The notes: generated from the sequence alone by a model not told the origin. DNA of 64,000 nucleotides from an uncultured Bacteroidota bacterium (GCA_902520835.1 CABYPD010000001.1:226535-290534), one strand, 5' to 3'; positions 19,428 through 29,549 are shown, numbered from the stretch's first letter. Numbers and translations: made by a program.

Positions 19428-19613
19428 TCATTTATTTCTTTTATCAAACTTATTTCTAAAATATCTTCTAAAAAAGAACATAAACAAAGACATAAAGCCG
19501 AAAAAAATTAAAATTTCATTTCCTGAAAATGATTCTTTAAATAATACAATATCACAAAAAATAAAAACAGCAATAAATAAATATAAATAATCAAAAATTG
19601 GTGGATATTTCAT
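19428..19613 (-). CDS. Small (61 aa) two-helix membrane protein, hypothetical
   Basis: Two hydrophobic segments and a basic tail. Starts 4 nt after the lptC-like stop. Support is ORF and position only. Confidence 0.35.
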   Translation of the reverse strand: MKYPPIFDYLYLFIAVFIFCDIVLFKESFSGNEILIFFGFMSLFMFFFRRYFRNKFDKRNK

Positions 19614-19616
19614 AAG

Positions 19617-20159
19617 CTATTCTTTATCTTCAAATATAAAGCTACCATCTAATTTACCTGTTTTTAATAATTTAAATGAACGATCAGCATCCATTTTTTG
19701 AGCTCTTATATTGTAATCGTCACTTGAGAAAACAATTTTTTCTTCAGTGAACAGCCATTCTTGTTCAGGATCCCAAAAAATTTGATTTGATTTGATAAAA
19801 GAACTATCTGGAGACTGAATAATAACATTACCCTCTAAACTTACAATTTTTGTCGTGTAGTACACTATACCATAATTGGAGGAGACTTTTGTAGATCCTT
19901 CTTTTAAATCAAAGAATTCTATATTTAAACCATCGGGAAATTCAGAGTATGGAAAATTTTGATTAGTGTAATCAATATTTAAAGGTGATTTCAGTACAGC
20001 TTTAAGTTTTGCTGAGTCAGTATATTTTAAAATAAAATTTTTTGTTTTGCCTGCAGGGATTAGTCCGCTAGAATTTATTTTTTTTACATCATCAAAATAA
20101 CTTTCACAAGAAAAAATAAATACAGAACAAATTATAAAAAAAAATAATTTATAATTCAT
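19617..20159 (-). CDS. lptC: LptC-like LPS export periplasmic protein (lipoprotein form)
   Basis: Start at MNYKLFFFIICSVFIFSC (TAATG overlap with the upstream stop). Size, beta-rich composition and the coaX / OM protein / TPR / lptC gene order fit Flavobacteriia. Confidence 0.55.
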   Translation of the reverse strand: MNYKLFFFIICSVFIFSCESYFDDVKKINSSGLIPAGKTKNFILKYTDSAKLKAVLKSPLNIDYTNQNFPYSEFPDGLNIEFFDLKEGSTKVSSNYGIVYYTTKIVSLEGNVIIQSPDSSFIKSNQIFWDPEQEWLFTEEKIVFSSDDYNIRAQKMDADRSFKLLKTGKLDGSFIFEDKE

Positions 20160-21544
20160 TATAAACTTGGCACCGTAACTGAAAGACCTATCCAACAATT
20201 AAATTTTATAGTTTTACCAGCATTTCCTTCAGTAAATATATCAGTTTTTGATGGAGCTCTTCCTTCATAACTTTCTGCAGTTCTGATAGCAGTTTTTCTA
20301 ACACTAGCATCAATATTGGCAGCTTTGCGAGCTTCTTTTGCCGCTAACCAGTAAACAGCTCTTTTTTCAAATTGAGTATTACCACAATTATTTGCGCTTG
20401 ATGCATATAAATTTGATATGAGCAGATAAGCACTTCCCAAAGAGGGTTGATATTCAAGAGCTCTCCTTGCATAATTTCGAGATTTAGGAAACTGATTGGT
20501 TTTTTTATATTTTGAGGCAATCTTATATAATATTCTTGCTTTTTTGATATTGTCTGTTTCTAAGTCAATAGATTCATTATAAAATTTTAGTGCCTCAGAC
20601 TCATTACCTTTTTTATCATTTAATAAACCTAAATAATATGCTGAGTTTGCTGAAGGATTTAAGTTATGTAATAGTTCAACTAATTCAACAAAAAGAGGAT
20701 CATCAGAGCAATCCTTACTATCCATTCTACTTGCTGCTCTGTTTAGCCATATTGGATTTTCCTTGTTATCCTCCAAATTCTTTCTGTATAATGGAATTAA
20801 ATTTTCACATGTTGACTCTTTGGCAATTATTGCATTTAAATTTTTTAGATAAATTGTGGAGGCATTTGAGTTGATACCAAAGGCTCTTTTGTTTGATTTT
20901 TCTCTTGAGGATAAAGGTTGTCCGGACTCTTCCTTTTTAAGTAGTATATCCAGCTGCTTAGAATAGCCATCAATAACTTCTTCAAATCTTTCAGATATGT
21001 CTTCATACTTATCAAAAACAAGTGAAAGAGTTACATCACCTTCGCCAGACTTATATAATTCGTAATAAGTTTTAAAATAATTGTAAAGAGGTTTAGGGTC
21101 ATCAAAACTAGATCTGTCCTGCACGTAGGCACTATTGAACGTATTGTATATTTCAGAATTAGAGGCTAGATTATTATCAAGCATTGCTTGGGCTTTGTTA
21201 GATATAATTTCACCAATTATATTTCTTCCCTTCAAACTTGGAAAATTAATTAACCACTCATCGTAAAGACTTAAAAGATCATTTTGATAAGCAATTTTGT
21301 CATCACCATCATTGGACTTAATGAAGTGTTCTAACATCCTTTTTCCGTAGGAGTATATTGCTGCATTTATTTTTGGACATTCTTTTCTAACCTTCATCCA
21401 AGGCTCATAAGCCGATTCATAATTTTTTACTTTATAATATTCAGCAAAAATTGATAGGTTACTTATACAATCATCGCTTGATTGAGCATTAATATAACTA
21501 ATTGAAAAAATCGAAAAAAATAAAATAAAATATTTCATAAACAT
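20159..21544 (-). CDS. Secreted tetratricopeptide-repeat protein
   Basis: Signal peptide. Repeated A..Y..A/LG TPR-like helices (e.g. AYYLGLLNDKKGNESEALKFYNESI). Confidence 0.6.
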   Translation of the reverse strand: MFMKYFILFFSIFSISYINAQSSDDCISNLSIFAEYYKVKNYESAYEPWMKVRKECPKINAAIYSYGKRMLEHFIKSNDGDDKIAYQNDLLSLYDEWLINFPSLKGRNIIGEIISNKAQAMLDNNLASNSEIYNTFNSAYVQDRSSFDDPKPLYNYFKTYYELYKSGEGDVTLSLVFDKYEDISERFEEVIDGYSKQLDILLKKEESGQPLSSREKSNKRAFGINSNASTIYLKNLNAIIAKESTCENLIPLYRKNLEDNKENPIWLNRAASRMDSKDCSDDPLFVELVELLHNLNPSANSAYYLGLLNDKKGNESEALKFYNESIDLETDNIKKARILYKIASKYKKTNQFPKSRNYARRALEYQPSLGSAYLLISNLYASSANNCGNTQFEKRAVYWLAAKEARKAANIDASVRKTAIRTAESYEGRAPSKTDIFTEGNAGKTIKFNCWIGLSVTVPSL

Positions 21545-21547
21545 TTT

Positions 21548-22798
21548 TTAATTATAAAGACTTTTTATAAACCATAAGTCATTTAGAGAAAAACCAAGCT
21601 TTAAACTAAAATAATTTTCCTTAATGAGTCCAGAACTATTAGTTCCACGCTGACCAATTTCAAAGCCTAAATTGGCACTTGATAAATTAGCAAGCGGTAA
21701 ACTTAAACCAAAATTTATACCAAAATCATTAATCTGATGACCATTTACATAAAGTCCTCCAGATTCATATCTCACTCCAAATCTGTAAGTTATAGTATTT
21801 AGATAGCTAGTAAATGAATCATACTTAGGTAAATAAAATCCTCCAAAAGAGTAAAGCTTAGAGCTCCTAAATTTAACATTATCCAAGTTCATTATTTGAT
21901 TTTCAAAACCTCCACCATTTTGATTTTTCAAACTCATACCAACAAACCATTTTTTATCTTGACCTATGCCCAGTCCATAACTAATTGAACTTGGTATTAA
22001 AAATGTTGTTTGTTTTAAACCTAAAACATCAAGGTCACTTTGTTCAATATCTCCACCATATGATCCATCCTGCTTAAGAGTAGAAATAGATTGATTATTT
22101 TTTGATTTTAACTTAGAATCTTGAGAATAATTTAATGAGGTTTTAAGTGTAAGTTTTTCAGAAATTTTAGTTTGAAATACAGATGAAAAACTAACGTTTA
22201 AACCGCTTAGAGATGATTCGTTTGAAACTTTAGTATATAATTCAATATCTTCAAGAAACTTAGAGTGGTAATGATTTATGTTTCCAAATGAATAAGATGA
22301 AGATATTCCTAGGCCCCAGTTTTTTATAATTTCAAATCCAACAGAAAGAAATGCATTATTAATACCACCATCACCCTCAAACCTATTCAATTCAGCTATT
22401 GTTTTAGTATCATCATTACTTTCAAGATAATAACCAACTGAAGTGTCTGGCTTTAATCCAAATGAAAAAGAAAAAACTTTTGTTGGTATTGAAACAGATA
22501 TATATTTTAAACCTGCAGCTGTAGATTTTTCGTTAATTGAATTATTTTTGAATGAATTAGATTTAATATCAATTCCTAGGTTATAATTAACAAATTTTAA
22601 TTTTGAAAGCGATGCTGCATTGTTAAGGTTTACATGAGTACTATCATAATATACCAACAAACCTCCCATCATTTGGTTCTCAGCAGTTGATGTAAAACCT
22701 TTATCACCAGCTCCAAAGTATGAATAAGGCGAATAACTTAGTTTTTGAGAGGAAAGTGAGATTGAGAAAAAAAAGATTATTAAAAAAAACCTATTCAT
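21548..22798 (-). CDS. Outer-membrane beta-barrel protein (putative porin)
   Basis: Signal peptide, alternating hydrophobic beta-strand pattern, and a C-terminal aromatic-rich end (DLWFIKSLYN). Confidence 0.5.
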   Translation of the reverse strand: MNRFFLIIFFFSISLSSQKLSYSPYSYFGAGDKGFTSTAENQMMGGLLVYYDSTHVNLNNAASLSKLKFVNYNLGIDIKSNSFKNNSINEKSTAAGLKYISVSIPTKVFSFSFGLKPDTSVGYYLESNDDTKTIAELNRFEGDGGINNAFLSVGFEIIKNWGLGISSSYSFGNINHYHSKFLEDIELYTKVSNESSLSGLNVSFSSVFQTKISEKLTLKTSLNYSQDSKLKSKNNQSISTLKQDGSYGGDIEQSDLDVLGLKQTTFLIPSSISYGLGIGQDKKWFVGMSLKNQNGGGFENQIMNLDNVKFRSSKLYSFGGFYLPKYDSFTSYLNTITYRFGVRYESGGLYVNGHQINDFGINFGLSLPLANLSSANLGFEIGQRGTNSSGLIKENYFSLKLGFSLNDLWFIKSLYN

Positions 22799-23516
22799 TT
22801 ACTTGGTTATATTCAATTAGATAATTCAAACCTTTATATATAAAATTTGAATTTGTAAATATGGTGTTTTTTAACTTACCAGACAAAAAAATTGAGTCAC
22901 CCCCAGTAACAATTACTTTCAAATTTTTATATATTTTTTCATACCTGTTAATCATTCCTTCAATTTCTGATTGAATTCCTATTAGTAGTCCAATACTTAT
23001 AGAACTGTGAGTGTCTGAAGCTATCATTGATTTTGGATATACAGGATCTATTTCATTTAGATTGACTGTGCCTGAGGATAAAGATTTCTTTCTCAATGAT
23101 AAACCTGGTGAAATTCCACCTGCTTGATAAACGTTTTTAGAAGTTTTGATATCATATGTGATACAAGTTCCTAGATCAACTACTAAAACATTCTCTTGTG
23201 GGTACATCGAATATGCTCCCAATATTAATGATAATCTATCTTCACCTACCAAACCGTCATCATATGGGTTTTTAAACGGTAATCTAATTTCTTTATTAAA
23301 GGTGTAGAGATTTGATTTTGAATTACACAAATCAAATAATTTTTGATTTGGTTTTCTCACATTTGAAATTGCACTATTTTTTATGTTATTATCCTCTATA
23401 GTATCTTTGATAAAATCCAAATCAATTGACCTTAACTTGAATTCTGTTAGTATAGATTTACCATCAGAGACAGCAATTTTAGTTAATGTATTTCCAATAT
23501 CTACAAGTAAATTCAT
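22791..23516 (-). CDS. coaX: Type III pantothenate kinase
   Basis: LLVDIGNTLTKIA (DxGNT), VVDLGTCITYD and VTGGDS motifs. Length 241 aa. Confidence 0.88.
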   Translation of the reverse strand: MNLLVDIGNTLTKIAVSDGKSILTEFKLRSIDLDFIKDTIEDNNIKNSAISNVRKPNQKLFDLCNSKSNLYTFNKEIRLPFKNPYDDGLVGEDRLSLILGAYSMYPQENVLVVDLGTCITYDIKTSKNVYQAGGISPGLSLRKKSLSSGTVNLNEIDPVYPKSMIASDTHSSISIGLLIGIQSEIEGMINRYEKIYKNLKVIVTGGDSIFLSGKLKNTIFTNSNFIYKGLNYLIEYNQVNE

Positions 23517-23571
23517 TATTAAAGCAAAAGTAAATAAGTTTGAGTATTTTTCATTTATTATTGAAAAGGAT

Positions 23572-23579
23572 TATATTTG
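23572..23579 (+). promoter_or_regulatory. Candidate -7 box (TATATTTG) for tRNA-Phe
   Basis: Matches TAnnTTTG 19 nt upstream of the mature tRNA 5' end. Confidence 0.35.
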
Positions 23580-23598
23580 CCACTGCAAAAAATTGCAT

Positions 23599-23671
23599 GG
23601 TACCTTAGCTCAGTTGGTAGAGCAAAGGACTGAAAATCCTTGTGTCCGCAGTTCGATTCTGCGAGGTACCA
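23599..23671 (+). tRNA. tRNA-Phe (anticodon GAA)
   Basis: GGTACCTTAGCTCAGTTGGTAGAGCAAAGGACTGAAAATCCTTGTGTCCGCAGTTCGATTCTGCGAGGTACCA. Acceptor stem GGTACCT/AGGTACC, anticodon loop CTGAAAA, T-arm GTTCGATTC. Confidence 0.95.
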
Positions 23672-23672
23672 C

Positions 23673-23699
23673 AAAAGCCCCAAAAATGGGGCTTTTTTT
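23673..23699 (+). terminator. Rho-independent terminator after tRNA-Phe
   Basis: GCCCCA-AAAA-TGGGGC hairpin followed by 7 T. Confidence 0.75.
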
Positions 23700-23707
23700 A
23701 TATATTT

Positions 23708-24352
23708 ATGAAAAAACTTATCAATATGAAAAAATTTATCTTATTTATTATTTCAATTTTTTTAATTTCCTGTGAAACTACGGTCGTTGAAAAAGTTGAA
23801 ACTAATGGTGAACCGGAGGGTCCACATACATCCAATGAATGGAAAATATGGGCATACAGTACGGCAGCTCCCTCATTTATTGCAGCTGAATGCACTGTAG
23901 TCGATGTAGATGGTACAGTTTTAAGAGAAGGTACTAATGGTTGGACTGCTATGGCTGCAAACCCAAGAGGTCCTGCTGATCCAGAAAATGGCTGGAAAGA
24001 TCCACATGAAGCAATGCCTATGGTTGGTGATGCTCAATCTATGAAATGGGCTATGGCTTACATGTCTGGAGAAACACCCCAACTTGACTTTGATGGATAC
24101 TCATACATGCTTCATGGTGATATGGGAGAAGATAACACTAAACATTTTGTTTTGAATAAAGAGGATGCTGCTGAGGGACAATGGATAGAATCAGGTGCGC
24201 ACATTATGTTATTTCCAAAAGATCCTGCTTCATTGGATGGGTTTACAACTGACTTTAATTCAGGTGGACCTTACGTAATGTTTAAAGGGACTGGCTATGA
24301 TCACTTAATGATTCCAGTTGAGGGATATTATGATTATCAGGAAAAAAAATAA
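23708..24352 (+). CDS. Lipoprotein of unknown function (Trp/Gly/Asp/Met-rich)
   Basis: MKKLINMKKFILFIISIFLISCETT lipobox; alternative start at 23726. The track ORF start 23642 lies inside the tRNA and is rejected. I recognise no family. Confidence 0.6.
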   Translation: MKKLINMKKFILFIISIFLISCETTVVEKVETNGEPEGPHTSNEWKIWAYSTAAPSFIAAECTVVDVDGTVLREGTNGWTAMAANPRGPADPENGWKDPHEAMPMVGDAQSMKWAMAYMSGETPQLDFDGYSYMLHGDMGEDNTKHFVLNKEDAAEGQWIESGAHIMLFPKDPASLDGFTTDFNSGGPYVMFKGTGYDHLMIPVEGYYDYQEKK

Positions 24353-24355
24353 AAG

Positions 24356-24856
24356 ATGAAGAATATATTTAAACTTTTTATAATTACACTAATACTCACA
24401 TCATGTGTTGTAAACACAGGTGATTCAATTACAACAGAATCTGGCCTAGATAACAATATGGTATCATTTGAAAATGGTGATATTATGACAAGTGTTACAG
24501 AAGATCCCTTAGGAACAAAATTTTCATATCCAACAGGCGAAGCAGCAATTACTAGTCAAATAAAGCGTTGGGCTCCTGGTTTTCAATCACCATGGCATTA
24601 TCATCCTTATACTGGAGTAGCATATGTTATTCAAGGTGAACTAACAGTTAATTATGACTCTGAAACTTCATTGGATGAATTAGATGCAGAAAAAAAGATT
24701 ATCACTTCTCAAACATATAAGGCTGGTGATAAAGCCTTTTTGGGAGTTGCAAATATGTGGCACCTTTCTGAGAACAAAGGATCTGAGGATCTTATCTTCA
24801 TAGTCTCTTGGCTTGCAGAGAAAGATAAAGCTTTAGCAATTCTTGAACAAAAATAA
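24356..24856 (+). CDS. Cupin-domain lipoprotein
   Basis: Lipobox LILTSCV. Cupin motif WHYHPYTGVAYVIQGELTV...H. Starts 3 nt after the upstream stop. Confidence 0.65.
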   Translation: MKNIFKLFIITLILTSCVVNTGDSITTESGLDNNMVSFENGDIMTSVTEDPLGTKFSYPTGEAAITSQIKRWAPGFQSPWHYHPYTGVAYVIQGELTVNYDSETSLDELDAEKKIITSQTYKAGDKAFLGVANMWHLSENKGSEDLIFIVSWLAEKDKALAILEQK

Positions 24857-24872
24857 ATAATTTGTGAAAATT

Positions 24873-24900
24873 AAAAAGCCGCAACTTAGCGGCTTTTTTT
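24873..24900. terminator. Bidirectional hairpin terminator between convergent genes
   Basis: AAAAA-GCCGC-AACTTA-GCGGC-TTTTTTT. Confidence 0.75.
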
Positions 24901-24903
24901 ATA

Positions 24904-25608
24904 TTAAGTGATTAAATTACCTTCGTCATCCCATTCAGCTATGATATTTCTTTTAGACTGATCAACAAACTTTTCCAACCAATCTTTATCGTACTCTAAA
25001 CCGTATTGATCAAGTACGTCTTGAGGAACACCGTCCCATATGTTTGGTATATTTCCCTTATAGCCAAGTTCATTAATTCCAACTTCAGAAGTAAAATATC
25101 CAGTCATTGTAAGGTTTCTAACTAAATTAAACCATTGAACAGGTTCAGAGTAATCTGAAATACTTTTATTTGGATCGTAGTATGCAATTTCATCAAAAAT
25201 ATTTTCTTGTTCTGCAATCTCACAATCCACAAAAAGATTATTAAATCTTTTTTTAGATTCGTTATCAATCCATATTAAACCGTTTCTTAATGGTTCTTTA
25301 TAAGTTGGGATGTCTTTAGCCATAAATTCAATCAATTGAACAACCTCAGCATCTCTGATTGACCCAAATTCGTTTGGTGGTAGAATTAAATTACATATTT
25401 TATCAAGTGTAAATAGTTCTTGGTTTGTAAAAAACTTTTCAGCAAATAACTTATCATCATATAGTTTTTCTTCAGGAGTTCTACCATACTCATATCTAGT
25501 TAAAGATCTTTTTATTTTTTCTCTTGAAATACCATAACACCCTTCAAGCAGAAGCCCAGCTCCAATTGACAAAAAGGTTAAGTTCTTGATTGAATCTCTT
25601 CTATTCAT
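24904..25608 (-). CDS. Gluconate 2-dehydrogenase subunit 3-like small subunit with Tat signal
   Basis: MNRRDSIKNLTFLSIGAGLL twin-arginine signal. Size and position immediately downstream of a signal-less GMC oxidoreductase. Confidence 0.7.
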   Translation of the reverse strand: MNRRDSIKNLTFLSIGAGLLLEGCYGISREKIKRSLTRYEYGRTPEEKLYDDKLFAEKFFTNQELFTLDKICNLILPPNEFGSIRDAEVVQLIEFMAKDIPTYKEPLRNGLIWIDNESKKRFNNLFVDCEIAEQENIFDEIAYYDPNKSISDYSEPVQWFNLVRNLTMTGYFTSEVGINELGYKGNIPNIWDGVPQDVLDQYGLEYDKDWLEKFVDQSKRNIIAEWDDEGNLIT

Positions 25609-25610
25609 CT

Positions 25611-27332
25611 TTAAAAATTTTGTTTTTTAAATTCCTCTACGATTTTTTCAGAAGATCTCATAGCCAAAGCAAGAATAGTCCATGTAGGATTTTTATCCGC
25701 TTGGGAAACAAAAGGACCCGCATCTACTACATACACATTATTAGTGTCGTGTAATTTCTCAAATTCATTTACAACAGAGTCTTTTGAATCTGAACCCATT
25801 CTTGTGGTACCAACCTCATGAATAATTTGTCCTGGTTTTGTTAAACCATAATTACTATCTTTTCCAGGTTTGTCCCATAGCGATATACCTCCCATATTAT
25901 GAATTATTTCTTCAAATGTATCCTGCATATGCTTTGCTTGTTTGATTTCATTATCAGTCCATTGATAATTAAATCTTAGTACAGGAACACCAAACTTATC
26001 AACCTTGTTTGGATCAATCTCACAATAATTTGTTTTTTGAGCAATAGATTCTCCTCGGCCAGAAAGACCTATAGTTGAACCGTAGTATTTTTTCATATCT
26101 TCACGCAAAACATTTCCATATCCACCAGCTTTATTAATCCCAAAAAATTTATTAAATCTGTTTACATCAAAACCAGTTCCATATGTTGGAGCTCCTAATC
26201 CTCCCCATTGCTCGATATGATATCCTCTCGCAAAATCTAAATCTTTATTGTCCAACCACCAAGGTGAATAAACATGCATACCACCAACACCATCCTCATT
26301 ATAAGTTTTTCTATTAATTAATCGAGGAATAAAAGCCATCATATCACCACCCGTTGAGTCATGTAAATATTTACCAACTAAATCTGAACTATTACCTAAT
26401 CCATTTGGATGTTGCTTTGATTTTGAATTAAGTAAGATTCTTGCTGAGCTACAGGCTGATGCAGCTAATACTACAACTTTCCCTTTTATTTTATATTCTT
26501 TATTTTCTTCTTTATCTATAAATGAAACTCCAGTTGCTTTGCCTTCATTGTCTGTTGTTACAGTTCTTACCATAGAATTGACATGTAAATCAATTTGACC
26601 ACCAGACTTTTGAGCAGGAAAAATTAAACAAGATCCTGAGGAAAAATCACCATAAACATTACAACTCCTTGCACAACCATTACAATAGTAACATATACCC
26701 CTTTCATTATTTAGTCTTTTAGTTAAGATAGATAAACGGGAAGGTATAACTTTGACATTGCTTTTTCTAGCAGCATCTATGTAGAAAAGTTCATGTAATC
26801 TAGGTTTTGGAGGAGGAAGAAAAAATCCGTCAGGCTCATTATATATATTTTCTTTGGTACCAAAAACACCAATCAATTTATCAACTTTATCATAATAAGG
26901 TTTAATATCATCATATGAAATAGGCCAATCTTCCCCTAAACCATCAATTGATTTTTTCTTAAAATCATCAGGCCCAAATCTAAGCGAAATTCTTCCCCAA
27001 TGATTAGTTCTACCACCAAGCATTCTTGATCTAAACCACCTAAAATCCGTATTTTCTTTTTGACTGTAAGGTTCACCATCAATATCCCAACCACCATAAG
27101 CTTGATCATAGTCTCCAAAAAATCTAGTTGTTCCAGCTCCTCTTCTTGGCGAGTGGTATGCAGGTCTTAATTGTGTCATTTGTTCCGGGTTTGCAGGATC
27201 ATAATATGGTCCTGCCTCAACTACAGCAATAGAAAGACCAGCTTCCGATAGAACTTTTGTAGCCATTCCACCACCCGCACCTGAACCAACAACAATTACA
27301 TCGTACTCTTTTGAATTATTTTTAATTTGCAT
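25611..27332 (-). CDS. GMC-family FAD-dependent oxidoreductase (glycoside/sugar dehydrogenase type)
   Basis: YDVIVVGSGAGGG Rossmann motif. Length 573 aa. C-terminal GMC-type HEVGTTRMG and NPT.TI.ALA. No signal peptide of its own. Confidence 0.8.
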   Translation of the reverse strand: MQIKNNSKEYDVIVVGSGAGGGMATKVLSEAGLSIAVVEAGPYYDPANPEQMTQLRPAYHSPRRGAGTTRFFGDYDQAYGGWDIDGEPYSQKENTDFRWFRSRMLGGRTNHWGRISLRFGPDDFKKKSIDGLGEDWPISYDDIKPYYDKVDKLIGVFGTKENIYNEPDGFFLPPPKPRLHELFYIDAARKSNVKVIPSRLSILTKRLNNERGICYYCNGCARSCNVYGDFSSGSCLIFPAQKSGGQIDLHVNSMVRTVTTDNEGKATGVSFIDKEENKEYKIKGKVVVLAASACSSARILLNSKSKQHPNGLGNSSDLVGKYLHDSTGGDMMAFIPRLINRKTYNEDGVGGMHVYSPWWLDNKDLDFARGYHIEQWGGLGAPTYGTGFDVNRFNKFFGINKAGGYGNVLREDMKKYYGSTIGLSGRGESIAQKTNYCEIDPNKVDKFGVPVLRFNYQWTDNEIKQAKHMQDTFEEIIHNMGGISLWDKPGKDSNYGLTKPGQIIHEVGTTRMGSDSKDSVVNEFEKLHDTNNVYVVDAGPFVSQADKNPTWTILALAMRSSEKIVEEFKKQNF

Positions 27333-28080
27333 ATAACTCTTTTATTTTCATGTTTCGAAAAGAAATAATTCCAGGATGATCTTGTATAGAAATTTTTCCT
27401 GTTTTAAATTTCCCAAATTCACAATTCTTCCATTCGTTAACACAGTTAACAAACTTAGTTCCTTCAAGCATCTTTTCCCATGCATTTCCTCTTAGTGGGA
27501 ATGTAACAATATCCACGCCATTATGAATAACATTACCATAATTTTTTTCCTGGTCAATAGTAACGAGGTAATTATTCCACTCATTTGCAGATTTAGTAAC
27601 AATCTTTTTAGGAGCAACTAAACCATATAATCCGCCAGCAATTGTTGTTTTGTCAAGAGTTTCTTCATTTAATCCTTCATCTAAAATTTGAATTTCAGGA
27701 CCTGTAACATATGGAAATTCATATTTATCATCTTCTTTTACTCCCCAAAAAAAACCACTGTTAGACCCAGGAGAAACTTTCCATTCAAAATAAATAGCAA
27801 AACTTGTATATTCTTTATCACTCACTAAGCTTTTATCACCTTCACCAGAGGCATTTGCAGATGTAAAAGTAAAAACACCATCATTAACAGTCCAACCAGA
27901 TTTTTTTCCATCGTCTTGAAAATAATGCCATCCATCCAAAGAATTTTTCTTAAATAATGGAATCCAATTTGAAGCTTCAAGAGATTTTTCTCCTTTTTTA
28001 TCTATAATTTTTAACTGATTATCATTACATGATAGGAAAATAAATAGTAGAGATAAAAGAGTTATTTTTTTTATTTCCAT
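27322..28080 (-). CDS. DUF1080 (3-keto-disaccharide hydrolase family) secreted protein
   Basis: Signal/lipobox LFIFLSCN. W..F.....GW.V.DG, NSGFF and the concluding QDH.G.I.FRN..IKEL are typical of DUF1080. Confidence 0.7.
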   Translation of the reverse strand: MEIKKITLLSLLFIFLSCNDNQLKIIDKKGEKSLEASNWIPLFKKNSLDGWHYFQDDGKKSGWTVNDGVFTFTSANASGEGDKSLVSDKEYTSFAIYFEWKVSPGSNSGFFWGVKEDDKYEFPYVTGPEIQILDEGLNEETLDKTTIAGGLYGLVAPKKIVTKSANEWNNYLVTIDQEKNYGNVIHNGVDIVTFPLRGNAWEKMLEGTKFVNCVNEWKNCEFGKFKTGKISIQDHPGIISFRNMKIKELYAN

Positions 28081-28089
28081 AGGACTTAT

Positions 28090-29544
28090 TTAAAATTCCC
28101 AACCAACTCTTCTCGATCTACCTACAAATCGATTAGCTTCATCAAAGTTTGTGATCTTCATGTTATCTCCGTCCCACAGAAGTTTTTTTCTTCCAACAAA
28201 CTTTCCAAACTCTGATGTGTGATATTTGTCTGGAAAATATTTTGGCTTTTGCTCACCCATACTCATGTAAGATCTAATTGCTAGATTACCCATTAAAACT
28301 GTTTCTGTAAAAGGCCCAGAGTATTCAAAAGGTGCAGTAATTTTTTTGTAAGCATCTGATCCATATCCACCCTTGATACCATTAATCCACTCCATATGGT
28401 GCACATGATCAAGATTATTTCCATTATCAGTTTTATAAATTATGGTTTCTTTTCCTTTTCTGTAAAGTTTAGGAGTCAAAGCATAAACACCGCAAGAAAT
28501 CACTCCTTTATCTCCAATCATCAAAACCCCGTTAGTGCTATTTTTTTCACCCAAAAAGTCATCTGCTGGTATATCCTCAGGGTGACTTGGCCTTAAACCT
28601 CCATCCATCCAAACAAGTTCTATTTTGGAATCATTTTTTTTGGTTTTATCAAAATGCAGTGTAACAATTGAAGATGGTGGACAACCTTCAGGAATAAAGT
28701 TTTGACTCCAAGCTTGTTGATAAACAGATCCAACACTGCACTCTACATCTGTAGGATAATGTAAGCCTAAGGTTTTATATGGTGCATCCAAAATATGACA
28801 CCCCATATCACCAAGAGCGCCAGTTCCATAATTCCACCATCCTCTCCAGTTAAACGGATGAAGCTGAGAAGTATATTTTGTATATTCCGCGGGTCCTAAC
28901 CATAAATCCCAATTCAAATTTTTAGGTTTTTCTTCATTATTGTCTTGCATTGGAAATCCTTGAGGCCATACAGGTCGATTTGTCCATGCATATATCTTTT
29001 TAATTGTTCCAATCATTTTTTTGTCAACCCATTCTTGAATTTTGACTACACCAGAACTTGAACCACCTTGATTTCCCATTTGAGTTACAACTTTATTCTT
29101 TCTGGCAATTATTGTTAGTTTTCTTGCTTCCTCGATATTGTGAGTTAGAGGTTTTTGGACATATACATGCAAGCCTCTATTCATTGCATTACTTGCTATA
29201 ATACCATGAGTATGATCTGGTGTACTGACCGTAACTGCATCTAAATCCTTTTCATTATCTAACATTTCTCGGAAGTCAACATACACATTAGCATTTGGAT
29301 ATTTTTTTCTAGCATTAACTACATCGTTCTTATCTGGATGAACATCACAAAGAGCAATTACCCTTTCTTTTGACGCCCAATCATGAGTAATATCGAAGCC
29401 TTTACCGCCAGTTCCAATTGAAGCAATATTTAATTGATCACTAGGAGCAATAAATCCTGGCCCACCCAAAACATTTCTAGGTACTATAAACATTCCAGTA
29501 CCAAGTAATGCTGAATTTTTAATAAATTTTCTTCTATTTTTCAT
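28090..29544 (-). CDS. Gfo/Idh/MocA-family oxidoreductase with Tat signal
   Basis: MKNRRKFIKNSALLGTG twin-arginine signal. IASIGTGGKG Rossmann motif and EKPL-type motif (VQKPLTHN). Confidence 0.8.
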   Translation of the reverse strand: MKNRRKFIKNSALLGTGMFIVPRNVLGGPGFIAPSDQLNIASIGTGGKGFDITHDWASKERVIALCDVHPDKNDVVNARKKYPNANVYVDFREMLDNEKDLDAVTVSTPDHTHGIIASNAMNRGLHVYVQKPLTHNIEEARKLTIIARKNKVVTQMGNQGGSSSGVVKIQEWVDKKMIGTIKKIYAWTNRPVWPQGFPMQDNNEEKPKNLNWDLWLGPAEYTKYTSQLHPFNWRGWWNYGTGALGDMGCHILDAPYKTLGLHYPTDVECSVGSVYQQAWSQNFIPEGCPPSSIVTLHFDKTKKNDSKIELVWMDGGLRPSHPEDIPADDFLGEKNSTNGVLMIGDKGVISCGVYALTPKLYRKGKETIIYKTDNGNNLDHVHHMEWINGIKGGYGSDAYKKITAPFEYSGPFTETVLMGNLAIRSYMSMGEQKPKYFPDKYHTSEFGKFVGRKKLLWDGDNMKITNFDEANRFVGRSRRVGWEF

Positions 29545-29549
29545 AATAG

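Noticed and set aside
23383-23775. 130-aa ORF spanning the coaX start, tRNA-Phe and its terminator; also the 5' extension of ORF 23642..24352
   Set aside because: The reading frames run straight through a canonical tRNA-Phe and a hairpin terminator. The real downstream gene starts at the lipoprotein signal (23708 or 23726).
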